A DNA stretch of 62,751 nt, filler included, from Basidiobolus meristosporus CBS 931.73 (taxonomy: Eukaryota; Fungi; Basidiobolomycota), in the NCBI GenBank assembly GCA_002104905.1. It is 4 parts of 4 records of this genome, joined end to end, with 100 filler letters (N's around TTAATTAATTAA, not from the genome) between each part and the next. Parts side by side here need not be neighbours in the genome. Positions count along the whole stretch, not along the records: positions 29,443 to 45,480 come from MCFE01001133.1; positions 45,581 to 59,184 come from MCFE01001199.1; 2 more parts are not named here. One strand, given 5' to 3'. Under the pieces are notes generated by a model that worked only from the letters and a program-made list of their open reading frames with translations, searched no databases and was not told where the DNA came from. This document shows, piece by piece, positions 37,661-50,387 of this stretch; position 1 is the stretch's first letter, and every line of letters begins with the position of its first letter. A program made the translations under genes and the position numbers.

Positions 37661-38491
37661 GTAAAAACACTATTACTTTCAGGCCCAAGTTCAATATTGC
37701 AATTAACATTTTAATACTTGTACCAAAATATCTGGTACCACAAATATCAAAGTTTCTAGAGTTGTTGATGTGCTACTAAATTGCTATGAAAAGCACTTGC
37801 AGCAATCCTCCAGAAAACTATCACAACACTGAAATCCTGCAACTGAGAAGTATTGATGCCATCAGACGGCATTCAAGAATGGTTAAATATAAAAGTCCCA
37901 TTGATTTTAAAAGGCAATTGGAAAAAATTCTTCACTTCAATGTTATCTGAGTTGTTTTTAATTGGATCTCTGTTTTCACTCCTACTTCTTCACTTTAGAC
38001 CCTGAACTTTCTCTTATGCTTGTATACTTTGACCCAATAAAAGATAACTGTGATGATTCTGTCAAATGGCTGTTCAAAATTTGACTCACATGGCCACACA
38101 TTATTGATCCTGTCAAGACACAGTTCAAGAACTGTAGGAAAAAAACCGCACCAAGATCTCCAAAAAAGCACTGTTATATTTTTTATCACAAGAATTCCCA
38201 AGTTGCTTTTGATTGGTTTTCTGGCATTTCTTTCACTTTGAGATTCCTAACACTTAATCACCTCCTATGTTTGTGTACATCAATTGATTGTTGCCTTTTG
38301 TTCACACTCCTTACTCACTTACTTTATCAGCACTCTTACTTGTCAAGCAAACTGATTGGTTTACTTCTGTTGAATCTTCAAATGTTGCTCAATCCAAAAT
38401 TCTACTAAGCTATACAAGCTCTTATACACAATGCTAACATTGAACCCAACCTCACACCTGACAAGTAACTCCATTGAAATACACCATCTAA

Positions 38492-40340
38492 TGGTTGTAG
38501 AAATTTATAATTCACCTCAATGCTCACCTAAATTAGTCATATAGAGCATTACCTGCAAGTCTAAGAAAATACTGACCAAATACCTTGTTGGGACTTACTT
38601 TGAATATTCTCACCAACACATCAGGTGCCCAGAGCATCAAATTTGCAAGGTTGTCCAAACAGCACCAATCTTTGCACACATGCTCTTGTGAGCTTTCTAA
38701 ACCTATTCTCCAGGTTTGACGTGCCAAGATCTTGTAGAAGTATAAATACTACTTTTACATTCAATAAATCATTGAGTGGATACCACATAATCTACTTGTT
38801 CTCCCAATCACTTGCAATATCTCCAAGACTCTTACAACAGGTTATGAACCCCAAGCTGTCACTTTCTAAAATGTCTACTTCAGATATTACTGGAGCTTTT
38901 CCCTCAGCTGAGTAGTTAGATGGCTCTAATAATAGTCTGGAAGTTGAAGATAAAGATTCTGCTAGAGTAAAGAGGCCTTTTGGATATTGCTATGGGAGAC
39001 AAATTCACTCCTAATAATGTAGGAGAAGAAGCCTTAAAGTACCAGAAGAAGGAACAAAGTGCCTTTAACTGTGTTTGCCTTAATGATGAAGACAAATTGC
39101 TATTTCAATGCCCAAGAGCAAATACAGCAAAGAAAGCCTGGAAGGGATTAGAAGACACCTACCAGATATGTTCAGCTGCTAAGAAAATGTATCTATTCAA
39201 AATTTCTTTACTACAAAGATGCTGCCAGGAGATAAAAAAAATCTAATCAACAGAATTACCTTGTTGGTTGATGAGATGGGATCCATGGGTATAACAACTA
39301 CTGATAAACATGTGATAGTACCATCCTGAATTGCCTGAATGACAGGCTTTAGAACCTTGCATCAGCCCTACCATCCTGAACTGCATATTTGACTTTAAAC
39401 CGGTTGTAAGAGTGTTGGAGATATTGGAAGTGATTGGGAGAACAAGTAGATTATGGGGTTTTTCACTTAATAATTTATTGAATGTAAAAGTGGTACTTAT
39501 GCTTTTACATGGTCATGGCATGACAAACCTGGAGATAGGTTTAGAAAGCTCATAAGAGCATGCGTGCAAAGTTTGGTGCTGTTTGGACAACCTTGAGAAA
39601 TTTTGTTCTCTGGGCACCTGATGTTTTGGTGAGAATATTCAAAGTAAATCCAAACAAGAAATTTGGTCTGTATACTCTAGGATTTGAAGGTATTGAGCTA
39701 TATGACTAAGTTAGGTGAATATTTAGGTGGAATCATGAGTTATTAGAACAAACTTATGTATATGGAAGGCTTCTGGATGAAGATCAAGCGCTAATAAGAT
39801 AGAAGACAATAATGCTGTAATAAGCAATGGTTACCAACACAGTAGGTACTCACAACCCTTTAAAGGCAACAGCAACCTGCTTGCCACTACTGCAAAAGGA
39901 AGGGACACATATCAGACTGGAGCCTTAATAAGAGAGATGGCCAACAGAAAAAGCCTAAATATGAAAATGCTGCAAGAATTGAAGATAGACCATTCCTATC
40001 TGCACTAAATAATGACCACAAACAAGGATTCTCAGATGTAGTATACTGACTATGGAGCTTCTCAATACTTTTCACCTTGAAATGAACTTTTTACCTGATA
40101 TCAATAATCCATTTAAAAAGGTTTTCCTGAGTAAAAATAGAACACTTGATGCAGTTTGAGAAGGAGGTATCCAAGTAAACCTTAGAAGCAGTGAAGGAAG
40201 CCACAAACTTACCTTCTAAGAAGTACTTTAAGTACCAGAAATAGCAAAGTACCTACTATCTGTAAGAAAGACTACAGCAGAAGGACTCAGTTTCAGTCTT
40301 GACAAATCTAGATGCAGGATCACCAATCAAAATGGTTCCT
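38492..40340 (+). mobile_element. Degenerate copia 5' half (LTR, PBS, gag, protease) with nested LTR-A at ~39403-39750
   Basis: LTR end ttacaaca followed by the PBS ggttatgaacccc. ORF 38980-39246 matches the gag at 35400-35640. Confidence 0.85.
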
Positions 40341-40343
40341 ATA

Positions 40344-43300
40344 CCCCATGAAAAATTATTGAGATGATCCTGTTAAAAGGCCATCACAAAGTTAGTCCCA
40401 TGACTAAGAGGTACCAATCCCATCAGGACACTGTCCAGAGACCATTGAGAAATAATTGCACCCCAGATTTCACAAAAAACTTAGTCAAAATTTTTCATCA
40501 CAACAATATATAAGTGGCTTTTAATTGGTTCCCTGCCAATTTGCTCACTTTCTGATCCCAGACACTCTATTGCCTCCTATGTTTGTGTGAATTGATTGGC
40601 TATTGCCTCTTTTTCACACACCTTACTTCCTGACTCAACTATTTCTCTTACTTTTCATGAGTACAAATTGATTTATTTCCGTTGAAACTTCAGTTGTACC
40701 TTAATTGCCAATTGTATTGACCTATACAGTCTCTATACCCTACACTAACATTAAGCCCAACCCCACACTCAACAAGTAACTCCATTAACTGTTCATTCAC
40801 TGGTGCACACATGCCCTGGTCTTCAGCCAGCATTGCAAGGTCCAGCACCTCATCTACCAGTCTTTGCAGTAAATCCTTGCAATATTGAAGTGCATTTTCT
40901 TGAGCACTGCTCCTGAAGAAGTGCTGTAACCTCTTGGTGTGCCTATTAATGTTCAAAAATTCCACTGAAGGCATTGTGATAGTATTTTGAGTTCTTGATG
41001 TTGTAACCTTGTCTGTCAGTGGGATCTCTACTCAGTCCACAATGGAGGATGTGGAGGCTGCGGTAGACAAATTGCCATTTTCTGCAACTCATCTACCTTG
41101 CTGGAGTGTAGCTCAACTGGCTGCGCTTCCAACTCTTGTGAGAGCAGCTGTTTTCTTGTTGGTGAATCTTCTTGGCTATGATGGGATTCAGTCTGTTGCA
41201 GACTTGCAGCATTTACTGGCAAGAACTGCAGTTTCCTTTTTATGCTTCCCTGTCTCAGGCTTTGGTAGACATTCTTCCCTTTACCACTTCCTTTGTCACT
41301 GCTAGGTCTTTCACTGCTACTTTTTCTGAGTGCTTCTTGTAATGAACTACATTTTCTCCTTGATAAATTCTACTTTGACGCATTTGTTTTGACCTGCTTG
41401 TCCCTTGCTGGCACACTCCTGGCAACCTGATGTTTCTTTCTGCTTGTTTTGAGCCCTCAACTGTAGTTGTGACAGGCTTCTGTAAGCCGCCGGTTTTTAT
41501 CACAGTCAAGTCCTTCACTGCTAATTTGACTGAGTACTTCTTGAGTGGTACTATGCTTTTGCTTTGGTAAATTTTGTGCTGTTGCATCCATGTCTGCCTG
41601 CTTGTCCCTAATTGGCACTGTCCCAGCTACCTAATGCCATTTTGACGCTTGTCTGTAGCTTTTGGCCCCACTTGTAACAGGCTTTTGAGGAAGCCACTGA
41701 TTTTTAGCCATGGCACCCTTGCTCTTCTGCCTTTGATAGTTCTCCTATTCTTAAGATACTTTCCTAGAATACCAATGCTGACCCAAAATCTGTTTGCCCA
41801 TTTGAAACCAGGATAATACTCATGGAACAAGTCAAGTGCATTTTACTTGGCCTTGAGTTCCTGATGGTCCCATGGTATGTCAACCTTAAGGTGATGGCAT
41901 GCTAGACTTCTGGCTGCCTCTTGAATATTAGCTCACTCTTCATTATTGCACTCCATGGCTTCACAGATCTTCAATATCTTTTGATTTTTAGGCTTTGGTA
42001 TAAACACCACATTGTCTTCCTCCCACACAATGATAGATTTTTTTGTGGGCTTTTCTTTGGGCACTGTTGTTGTGCTATCAAGACTATATGGTGTTCCTAT
42101 GTTGTTACATTGGGAAATAGGTCATTTCTTGGCTGTTACATTGAGCTACTTGTGTTCCTTCCTTGAAGCAAGGATACTGTGTTCTCTACCTGGGGTAATG
42201 ATTGCTCTACATGTATTATCTGCTCATCCTGCTTCTTGACTATTTCCTGATACCTCTGACCATTGCATATATCATATTAGCTACTGCACCTAATTGCCTC
42301 ATCAATGCTTTTGTTTGAGCTGACAACATACTTGCTAATAAAGGTGGAGGGGATGTTATGACGGCCTCTTGCTGGTCTTCAGCTGAAGGTGCTGCTTTTG
42401 CTACATTCTCATCAGCCTCAGTATTATGGTCAGCATGTGGCTCAGCAGATATTCTCATTTGCCTATTTGACTGAGAGCCTGAGGAGTTCTCACAGTTACC
42501 TTCAGTGGGTGCACTGTCAACAGGGCCTTTTGGTATGTAGCCCTATATATTGCACTGAATATCAAAACACACTGTGGTCCAACCATTCTTCTGCTGCTGT
42601 CAACAGTGGGGTTTGGTTGGGAACTAGATAACTTTGCTTTATTTTTTTGTGTCATATATATGGAAGTGAGTCAAACCAAAGGGGATATAGTGTTACATAT
42701 ACATATGAATATGGTGGCACAACTTTATCAATAATGCCTACTATGGCAGGTCATCATTAAATCTTACATTTGTGTGGGTGTATTGTCTCAAATACAAGAC
42801 TGTCTTAAATACAACTTAGTGTTAACAAACAAGTACTATGATAAAGTTACATTGTTGAGTGTCAAGCTGTTTGCCCTATGGAGAAGACTACTTTGGTTCA
42901 ACATTGTTGGAGAAGAGAAAAAAAAATTGTGGCTATTACAACAGGCCTCTCAGCCATGAAGCATACAAACTATATAGGAAGTACTGCATGGATCACAGTT
43001 AGTGTTTTGCAGCACAAGTCATATCTGACTATTCATCAGTCACCACTGTACCAACAATGTTGTACAGGCTATTTGATACTTCTACAATAGCACCTAGCCA
43101 TACCTATCACCTTGCTCAAACTGAGTCAGGTGAGTTTGTGATGTCTCCAGGCTCACCTCAGCCTTCTGAATATGACACATAGAGTGATGGCTTTGAAGAA
43201 GTAGGCTCACTGAAGGATTATGAGTCTATCTCCGCTTACAACAACACCCTGCGCTAGCCTGGCAAAATCCCAGCATGCAATGAGAGAGCACCCATATAAA

Positions 43301-45150
43301 TAAATGCTAAGGATACTCTATGGAGTCAACTGAGCCCAGTAATCCAACTACTGGTTTACAATGTGATGTTATGGCTAGAAAAGTGACTTGCTTACACAAA
43401 TATCAGTAATGGGGACTTTGAGGATTTACTACTACTTCTTGCCAAAATTATCCGGGGTTGCAACTTACCATATACATAGTACAAATGGACCACCATTATA
43501 TGTCTGGCAATATATGACCCAGAGACTGTCCTGATACCAGCATGTCTTAATAGTTGCATGGCATTTATATCAGAAAGTGCCACTATTGCAAGGTGTCCAG
43601 CTTGCCCAGAATCCAGCACCATTGGGAGAATACATTGTACACACTCCAGATATATTCTGGTAATACCCCATCTAAAGAAGCTCATGCAGTCCAATCAATA
43701 TTGTGAGGCTATAAAGTAACAAACTCAGTATCAATTAAGCCCAAACATATACAAAAGACTTGGTGGCAAACATTACAAACAGCCAAGATGCAAGGGCTAC
43801 TTTGAATGTATGTATGACTATGTCTTTGCCTTGGCGCATGATGGATTCTCATTAAACAAGTGCTCTACCAGCAAGTCCTGCTGGCCACTGATTTGCAATA
43901 ACTTTAATCTGCTGCCTATCTTAGAGTATCAGGGCAAAAATCTAATGGTGAGTAGAGTAGAAATCTGATGGTAGACTCCCTGGTATCTCTGCCTAAATTG
44001 CTGTCCAACCTGGATAGCTACCTTTATGCATTGCTGGATAGGCTTTGAATACCTTCCAGTAAGATAACTGTAAGTGGCCATCATGTCAAAGCACATATTA
44101 TTATCTGCATTGGAGAAGCCCCAGCCATCAGCAAGATAGCTGGCTTTTCTGGGTGTTATGGATGGTATCACTGTTAAGTGTGTGATATCCAGGTGACTTA
44201 CTCCATAACTCACACACATTATTGTTACCCACACACCAATACTAAGTAAATCATCTATCTGCAGAGAGGTTGTTTAGAAGTTAGCATGCAATTTTGCATA
44301 CTTGGGAAGCTATCAGCTATTGGCTATAATATGGAATTAATTTAAACCAGAGTCATTTAAGATAGAGGGTATCTGTTGGAGCAACAGCTTTCCACTGATA
44401 GCTATACACTTGTTTTTCTACAATATCCCTATACTGATGACCAAGTCAAAACATGGGGCATTCCAAAATAAATGAGCCCTTTGAGATACCAGAATAATCT
44501 GGTAGAATTTGCAAGATATTACAGAGTATCTGCTGACCTAGTATGTCTCACAGGCTCCAATTAACATTCATATGCATATGCAACAATACAAGTGCAAGTA
44601 CTGGATGAACTGGACATGTATATATTCAAGTGGCCTTCTGAAGCCATTCCTACCAAGAGTATGTTGGAAGCATTGGGAGTCATATGTGGATATTGTAGGA
44701 ATATTTATCCAGAAGCAGATTACCAATGCCAACTTGATGCATCTATAGCTTTTGTGCCAAGAGGTTGAGATAGGATTTGAGCAGTTATACTACAAGCATG
44801 AAGCTGAACACTTAGATCTCTGCTGCTACTGTATTCATTTGTTACTTCATCTGGCTCTGTATGTAGAAAATATTGAACCTTGCTTGACCTTTTGGGAGTT
44901 TCCTATGAAGCAGATGTGTGGGGAGATAAGAATACAAGTCAAGTTGCAGGTACTACCATCTCCCAATCTCATCAAGAATACTACCTTTGAGTCTGTAATA
45001 GATGTAATGAGTTGACACATGGAGGACAGCCAGGAGTAGCTGGAAATTACTGACAACAAATATGCACAAGGAGACATCTATGCGTATGGCATTAAGAAAC
45101 TAAGCAGCCCCAATGCATGGATAATCAGTGAGTAATGCAAACTTGGGTTG
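40344..45150. mobile_element. Longest CACTA/CMC (EnSpm-like) element relic: terminus, second ORF on -, Tnp2-type transposase on + (~43900-45130)
   Basis: Starts CCCCATGAAAA. Degenerate LPSNLDSYLY..., GEAPAISKIAGF.G..G..HC.VC and IHLLLHLA...WEFPMKQMCG motifs typical of the CACTA transposase family. Confidence 0.8.
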
Positions 45151-45202
45151 GGTGCAACATGTAACTAACTTTGATTAGGTAAACTCTATCAAAGTATGAC
45201 AG

Positions 45203-45480
45203 TGTTACCAGTCATGGTTTCAGAGTTGTAGAGGAATAGGGAGTTTAACTAGTATTGCATTCACTAAAACTTGAACTGATTTTTATTGGAGGTTCCCGCA
45301 GGTCCTTATATACATTTTGCCAGATTAATTGATGACTAATTGTATTTCCTAATGTAGGCTGTGACTGATGACTCATTTGATTGCATCATCATCACCCAAT
45401 AAGATCCTACTTAATATATCTATTTCTGTCTGGTAAGGATCTGCTGGTTCATTTGCTGACTAATACTATGGATTTGAGAG
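45203..45480 (-). mobile_element. Gypsy family-F LTR (cut by gap)
   Basis: Reverse complement of 24470-24752. Confidence 0.85.
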
Positions 45481-45580
45481 NNNNNNNNNNNNNNNNNNNN
45501 NNNNNNNNNNNNNNNNNNNNNNNNTTAATTAATTAANNNNNNNNNNNNNNNNNNNNNNNNNNNNNNNNNNNNNNNNNNNN
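45481..45580. other. Artificial contig linker
   Basis: 44 N + TTAATTAATTAA + 44 N. Confidence 0.98.
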
Positions 45581-45681
45581 TCTTTGGAAGCCGCTGCTTT
45601 CGTTGGGTTACCGGAGACGTTGTCGCGGGTAGCCTGGTCACCACCAAGGGAGTTTTTGTGAGTTCTTTCGACGGCAGACAT
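45581..45681 (-). CDS. 5' end of a second protoglobin-like gene copy (truncated by gap)
   Basis: MSAVERTHKNSLGGDQATRDNVSGNPTKAAASK versus MFTVERTHKNSLGHDQTTRDNVSGNPTKAAASK at 50387. Confidence 0.85.
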
Positions 45682-46726
45682 GACTATTGAGTGATGGATT
45701 TTTGAATGAAGTAGACTCGCCCAGACAACCTCATATTTATACTTCTCCACACAACCGTAAATCCAGTGTAAGAATGGATGAGAAATCAAGCCCAAAAATG
45801 GGATTCTATTCGGACATTACTACACTTGGAACAGTTCGTAATGCAAAGACCAGTGCGGAAGAATAATTCCATCACCATTGCAATTAGATATCAAATCAGC
45901 CCTGTATTTGGTCGATCACATTACTGATCGGCAGAGATTGAGTTTATCATACCTGAATGCCCCATCAGGTTATAATGCATCTATTACTACGGAATATTGG
46001 AGGAGTAGTCAGGTTTTGATAAACAGCTAGGGAATGCCAATACTAAACCGTAGTCTATTGGTCCTTCATTCAGCTTCATCTGATTCGCAGTAGAGAATAA
46101 CGGCGTGCATTATACCGGAATATTTGAACTTATTATACTTCACCATATGATAACGTTTTGGATGTCCTCTGATCTAACGCGGTATCTTGGCCACCATTTT
46201 TTCAACAAAACATAAACTGCTGCTTTCACGCAATCAGCAATGATTGAATTGCCGAGCAACACAGTAAAATTACAATCATACGATGGCTATAGTTTCAATT
46301 TGTGGTCATTCACCAGTTGCTAAATTAGTCATTTAATCTAATAGAAAGAAAATGTGTCAGTTACTGGATTCCTGGGGCGCATATCCTTCCCCTGAAAGGA
46401 TGGGGTGCTTCCGACTTGGATAGCTATGGTGAGGATATCACGAATTTACTAGTGATAAATGTGGATTAATGAACAGGTCAGGCCAGTAAAAGTGGTGACT
46501 ACAGGCAGTGCGGAGTGAACGGCAACGATGCCATTGAATATCTCTTAACCAGCTCCGTGAGCGTGCATTATCACAGAGATGGGCTGGTATCACTATCTAA
46601 TGCTTTAAACTTGAGAAAACCATCACTTGATTGTGTATGTGTGAATTTTATTATTACGTTGGCTTGGCTAATGATTGGATTTATATTACATGATGGCGAT
46701 GTGTGGAATGCAAGTGAAGGATGGCT

Positions 46727-48409
46727 CTAAAGCAACATTCCAGCAATAGTGGCACTCATCAGTGTGGACATCGTGCCACACAACATCGCTGAGAAGGCGA
46801 GCTCGGCCAGATCCTTCTTGCGACTAGGTGCCATAGCCCCCAAGGCACCAATCTGGATACCGATGGATCCGAAATTGGCGAATCCGCACAGGCAGTAAAT
46901 GCCCAGTGATGCTGTTCTCTGCTCCAAGGCCCCCGAAGTGGTGAGGTTGGCAAGCTCGGCGAACGCGGCGAACTCGTTCACAAACATCTTGGTGGCCATC
47001 AGGCGAGCGACAGTGAGGAGATCTCTGTTTGGGATGCCAACCAGCCACATGAAAGGATAGAACAGGTAGCCAACGATGAACTCCAGGGTGAGGTTGTCGA
47101 TGTTGAAGAAGTTCCCGACCCAGGTGAGGAACGAGTTGACCAGCGCAAGCAATGAGATGAACGAGATGACAGTGGCTAGAATCAGCAAAGCCAAGTGGAT
47201 ACCCTGGGCAGCTCCGTTGGAGGCAGCATGGAGGAAATTGGCCTCCTTGTCTTCACTCTCGGGGATTCTCACCTTGCCCTTGGTGACTGGCTCACCAGTC
47301 TCCGGGTAGCGCATTTTGGAGATGGCAAGACCGCAAGGAACCGACATCACACACGAGGTGATCAAGGTCTGTGCATCGACCTTCATTGAGATGAAGGCAA
47401 CCAGCACAGAGCCGGAGATGGTGGCAAAGCCAGAGGTCATGGCTGAGTGAAGCTCACTGCGAGTGAGGGTTTCCAAGAATGGCAGGATCAGTAAGGATGA
47501 TTCGCCCATGCCAACGAATGGCGAGGCAGCAGCGACCACCGACTCGGCTCCACTGGTGCCCATAAGTCTGACCATCAACCAGGCGAACTTTCGGACGATC
47601 CATTGCATACCACCGAGATAGTACACTACCTTGACAATGGCCGCGAAGAAGATCACAGCTGGCAACACGGTGAACACAAAGATGCCGATGTTGGCGATGT
47701 CGTCGTTGGTTACGAACGACAGGCCTGACTTGGAGAAGTGAAGCAGAGTGGAGCACATGTTCGAGAGCCAGCTGAAGATGTCATAGCCGACAGAGGTCTT
47801 GAGGATGAACAAGCCGAGAAGGAACTGGAGCAAAACACCCACGACGACAGTTCTCCAGGGGATGAGCTTGCGGTTGTTCGACGTGGCAAACAGAACGCCA
47901 ATGAATATCACCAGCCCCAGGAGAGATCTCAACCGATCCATACGGGTACTGTGACCCTCTTGGATGGGAAGCGCCAAGGTGACTGAAACGATCAAGCCGA
48001 CAGGAAGCAGAACACCCAGGACAAGACGGATCTTCTCGGGGATGGCAAAGACGACCTTGAAGATGGCACCAAAGAACATGCCTAACGGCTTGGAAAGAAT
48101 CCTGGTGGTAACGTGGTAGAACATAAGCTTTAAGGAGACAAAGGCCCACAGAAGGGACAGGACCAGGGAATCCTTTCCGTGCAATATCCAGGCACCGATC
48201 ATCAATCCGGTGATGACCAGAAACATCAATAGATGGAACCATAAGCGAAAGCGACGGTAGAATGACTGTGGCTGATCCTCCGTTGAGGTGTCGATCTCCT
48301 TCTTCTCCTCAGGGTAGGTGTCGTTGGCACTTACTGGAAGAAAGGAGGGAGGGTGTGATTCGGAGCTCCTTCGCACTTCTGGTGCTTCACAAGAGTTATT
48401 CGAGTTCAT
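46727..48409 (-). CDS. Concentrative nucleoside transporter (CNT/SLC28 family), 560 aa, intronless
   Basis: IPWRTVVVGVLLQF, FTVLPAVIFF, PFVGMGES, MTSGFATISGS, TKMFVNEF and CGFANFGSIGIQIG motifs. Confidence 0.95.
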   Translation of the reverse strand: MNSNNSCEAPEVRRSSESHPPSFLPVSANDTYPEEKKEIDTSTEDQPQSFYRRFRLWFHLLMFLVITGLMIGAWILHGKDSLVLSLLWAFVSLKLMFYHVTTRILSKPLGMFFGAIFKVVFAIPEKIRLVLGVLLPVGLIVSVTLALPIQEGHSTRMDRLRSLLGLVIFIGVLFATSNNRKLIPWRTVVVGVLLQFLLGLFILKTSVGYDIFSWLSNMCSTLLHFSKSGLSFVTNDDIANIGIFVFTVLPAVIFFAAIVKVVYYLGGMQWIVRKFAWLMVRLMGTSGAESVVAAASPFVGMGESSLLILPFLETLTRSELHSAMTSGFATISGSVLVAFISMKVDAQTLITSCVMSVPCGLAISKMRYPETGEPVTKGKVRIPESEDKEANFLHAASNGAAQGIHLALLILATVISFISLLALVNSFLTWVGNFFNIDNLTLEFIVGYLFYPFMWLVGIPNRDLLTVARLMATKMFVNEFAAFAELANLTTSGALEQRTASLGIYCLCGFANFGSIGIQIGALGAMAPSRKKDLAELAFSAMLCGTMSTLMSATIAGMLL

Positions 48410-49574
48410 AATGAGAAATTAGATGCTGTTAGTGATAATGATGATGGCATACCGAGATCGTTCGGTATATATATTCAACCTCATTCCAACACCATTGCTT
48501 ATGTCAAGTGAATCTCGCCTTATATGGCAGTCATTAAAAGTATTTAGCATTCAATACAAATCCGGTGGACGCTTATTTCATCGAAGCGTTCGATGGTCGA
48601 ACAGGATCAGGGAAGGCGTTCCGATTTAGGCATTAGAAGCGTGTTCGATCATTAGGTATTAAGATTAATCGATCACTTGGCCAAAAATAGTATTATTCAA
48701 TGCACTGTATCAAACTCGGAGTATGAATATGGTAAAGTGGTATGAAACTTGGATAAAGCTTGAAGCCATAATCTTATTCATAAATTGAGGCCGATTCTTT
48801 GGAACACCCGCCATCCAGCCAGTTTGTATCGAATACGATGGTAAGATCTTCAATAGTTGATATTACTTCCCTAAAGCTGCCCTACAACGGAATCAAAAAT
48901 TACCGAAGATATTCTTCATTTCCATCTTCACGTGGTGAGTATTGCCTTCAGTAAGGAAAGAACATCAAGAGGCAAGCATCCAGAATTCGAGATTGTATGA
49001 GATTCAGAAACCTCCCATCCAATAAGGGAACATTAGAGAGACTCACATTCCAGGCGTGGGAAAGGCAATCTCTTGGGCTCCGGATCTTTTTGCCTATATT
49101 TTCGACCATGCATATTAATCATAAATATGGTACCCCAAGATGATCGCTGTTCATCTGCCTATTTATGGAGATGTTGTTCACCTTGTTTCTATACTGGGTT
49201 AGTAAGGACATGTTGCAAGAAAAAAACTTGCCGTCTTTGCAAGATCAGCTTCTCTTGGCTGTGGGCTATAAACCGTGCAGGGCTTGATGCTTACATATAG
49301 AGATTTGGTGTTTCGTGCAGAAGTATATTCAGGAGAATATATTCGCACTACTATTTCCAACAAATTCAGCCATGATATCTAAAAGCTTTTCACTTTTCTG
49401 AATATGGAAATAATAGAACGAATACTTCGGTCAGTAGGGTGGTTAGCAAAGAATGCATGAGGGGGAGCTGAAAGGAAGGCCGCTGAGCTTATTTTTATTG
49501 CCAAACTGGTGTTCGTGAGAAATGAACCTTACGCTTATTTATTAGAGAATGTACACAATGTTTATACAATGCTT

Positions 49575-50387
49575 TCAGATGCTTTGGGCTAGGAATAATC
49601 CCAGGGCAGCTACGACTCCACCAACTAAAGCACTGTTGAGGTTGAATCGGGGAGCAGGTACTGGTTGTGCGTGCAGCCCAAACGAGGCCGGCACATCCGA
49701 GCCATCCTTGGTGTAGTATTTAGCAAAGAAGTCGTTCTGAAGCCAAAGAACCTTGTTGAAGGCCAGATTCACTTGCAGCTCGTGCTCCCGCTCAAGTTGA
49801 AGTGAGCCAACCAGCGACATCAGGGTATTCTCGATGAAGCCCATGAGCGCAGAGATATGGATGTACTCCACGTTGATCTTGGACTTCTTTCCCGGGATGT
49901 CGGTATGGATCTTGGCCACCCAGTCAAGGTACTTGATCATCCTCTCGTCGTAGGGATTGGCCAGGAGACGGTTGATGTAGCGGGTCAGCATATCTTTTCT
50001 GTACTTGATCTGGGAGCTGTCGACCTTGAGATCCTGCACTTTCTCAACCACCTCCCCAGCGTACCCCTCGTGGCGTTTGGCCATGGATTCCCAAGTGATG
50101 TCGAATGCTCTGAGCTTGTCATACACAGTGTCCACTATGACACCACCAAGAGGGGCCAGTCTCTTCGACACCGATTTGATGGCCTGGACATCTTTGTCGG
50201 AGAAATCCACAAACTTGGCCACATAGTTGTAGCGATACACCGGATCTGTATGAAGGAGCACCCTGTCTACATGGTCCATCTTGACGTCTTTGGAAGCCGC
50301 TGCTTTCGTTGGGTTACCGGAGACGTTGTCGCGGGTAGTCTGGTCATGACCAAGGGAGTTTTTGTGGGTTCTTTCGACGGTAAACAT
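49575..50387 (-). CDS. Protoglobin-domain (sensor single-domain globin-like) protein with hydrophobic C-terminus; alternative start 50279
   Basis: VDR..LHTD...RYNY...FVDFS..D....K...LAP....IVD.VY.KL..FDIT, KIH, INVEYIHISALMGF and AFNKVLWLQNDFFAKYY match fungal protoglobin-family proteins (from recall, no search). Confidence 0.82.
   Translation of the reverse strand: MFTVERTHKNSLGHDQTTRDNVSGNPTKAAASKDVKMDHVDRVLLHTDPVYRYNYVAKFVDFSDKDVQAIKSVSKRLAPLGGVIVDTVYDKLRAFDITWESMAKRHEGYAGEVVEKVQDLKVDSSQIKYRKDMLTRYINRLLANPYDERMIKYLDWVAKIHTDIPGKKSKINVEYIHISALMGFIENTLMSLVGSLQLEREHELQVNLAFNKVLWLQNDFFAKYYTKDGSDVPASFGLHAQPVPAPRFNLNSALVGGVVAALGLFLAQSI

Noticed and set aside
37660-38240. Unassigned AT-rich stretch with short ORFs
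   Set aside because: No motif, repeat partner or termini identified.
46515-46730. 71-aa ORF conserved downstream of both CNT copies (also 51379-51594)
   Set aside because: GTG start, no recognisable motif, and it lies in the homogenised 3' flank, so conservation is explained by the duplication.
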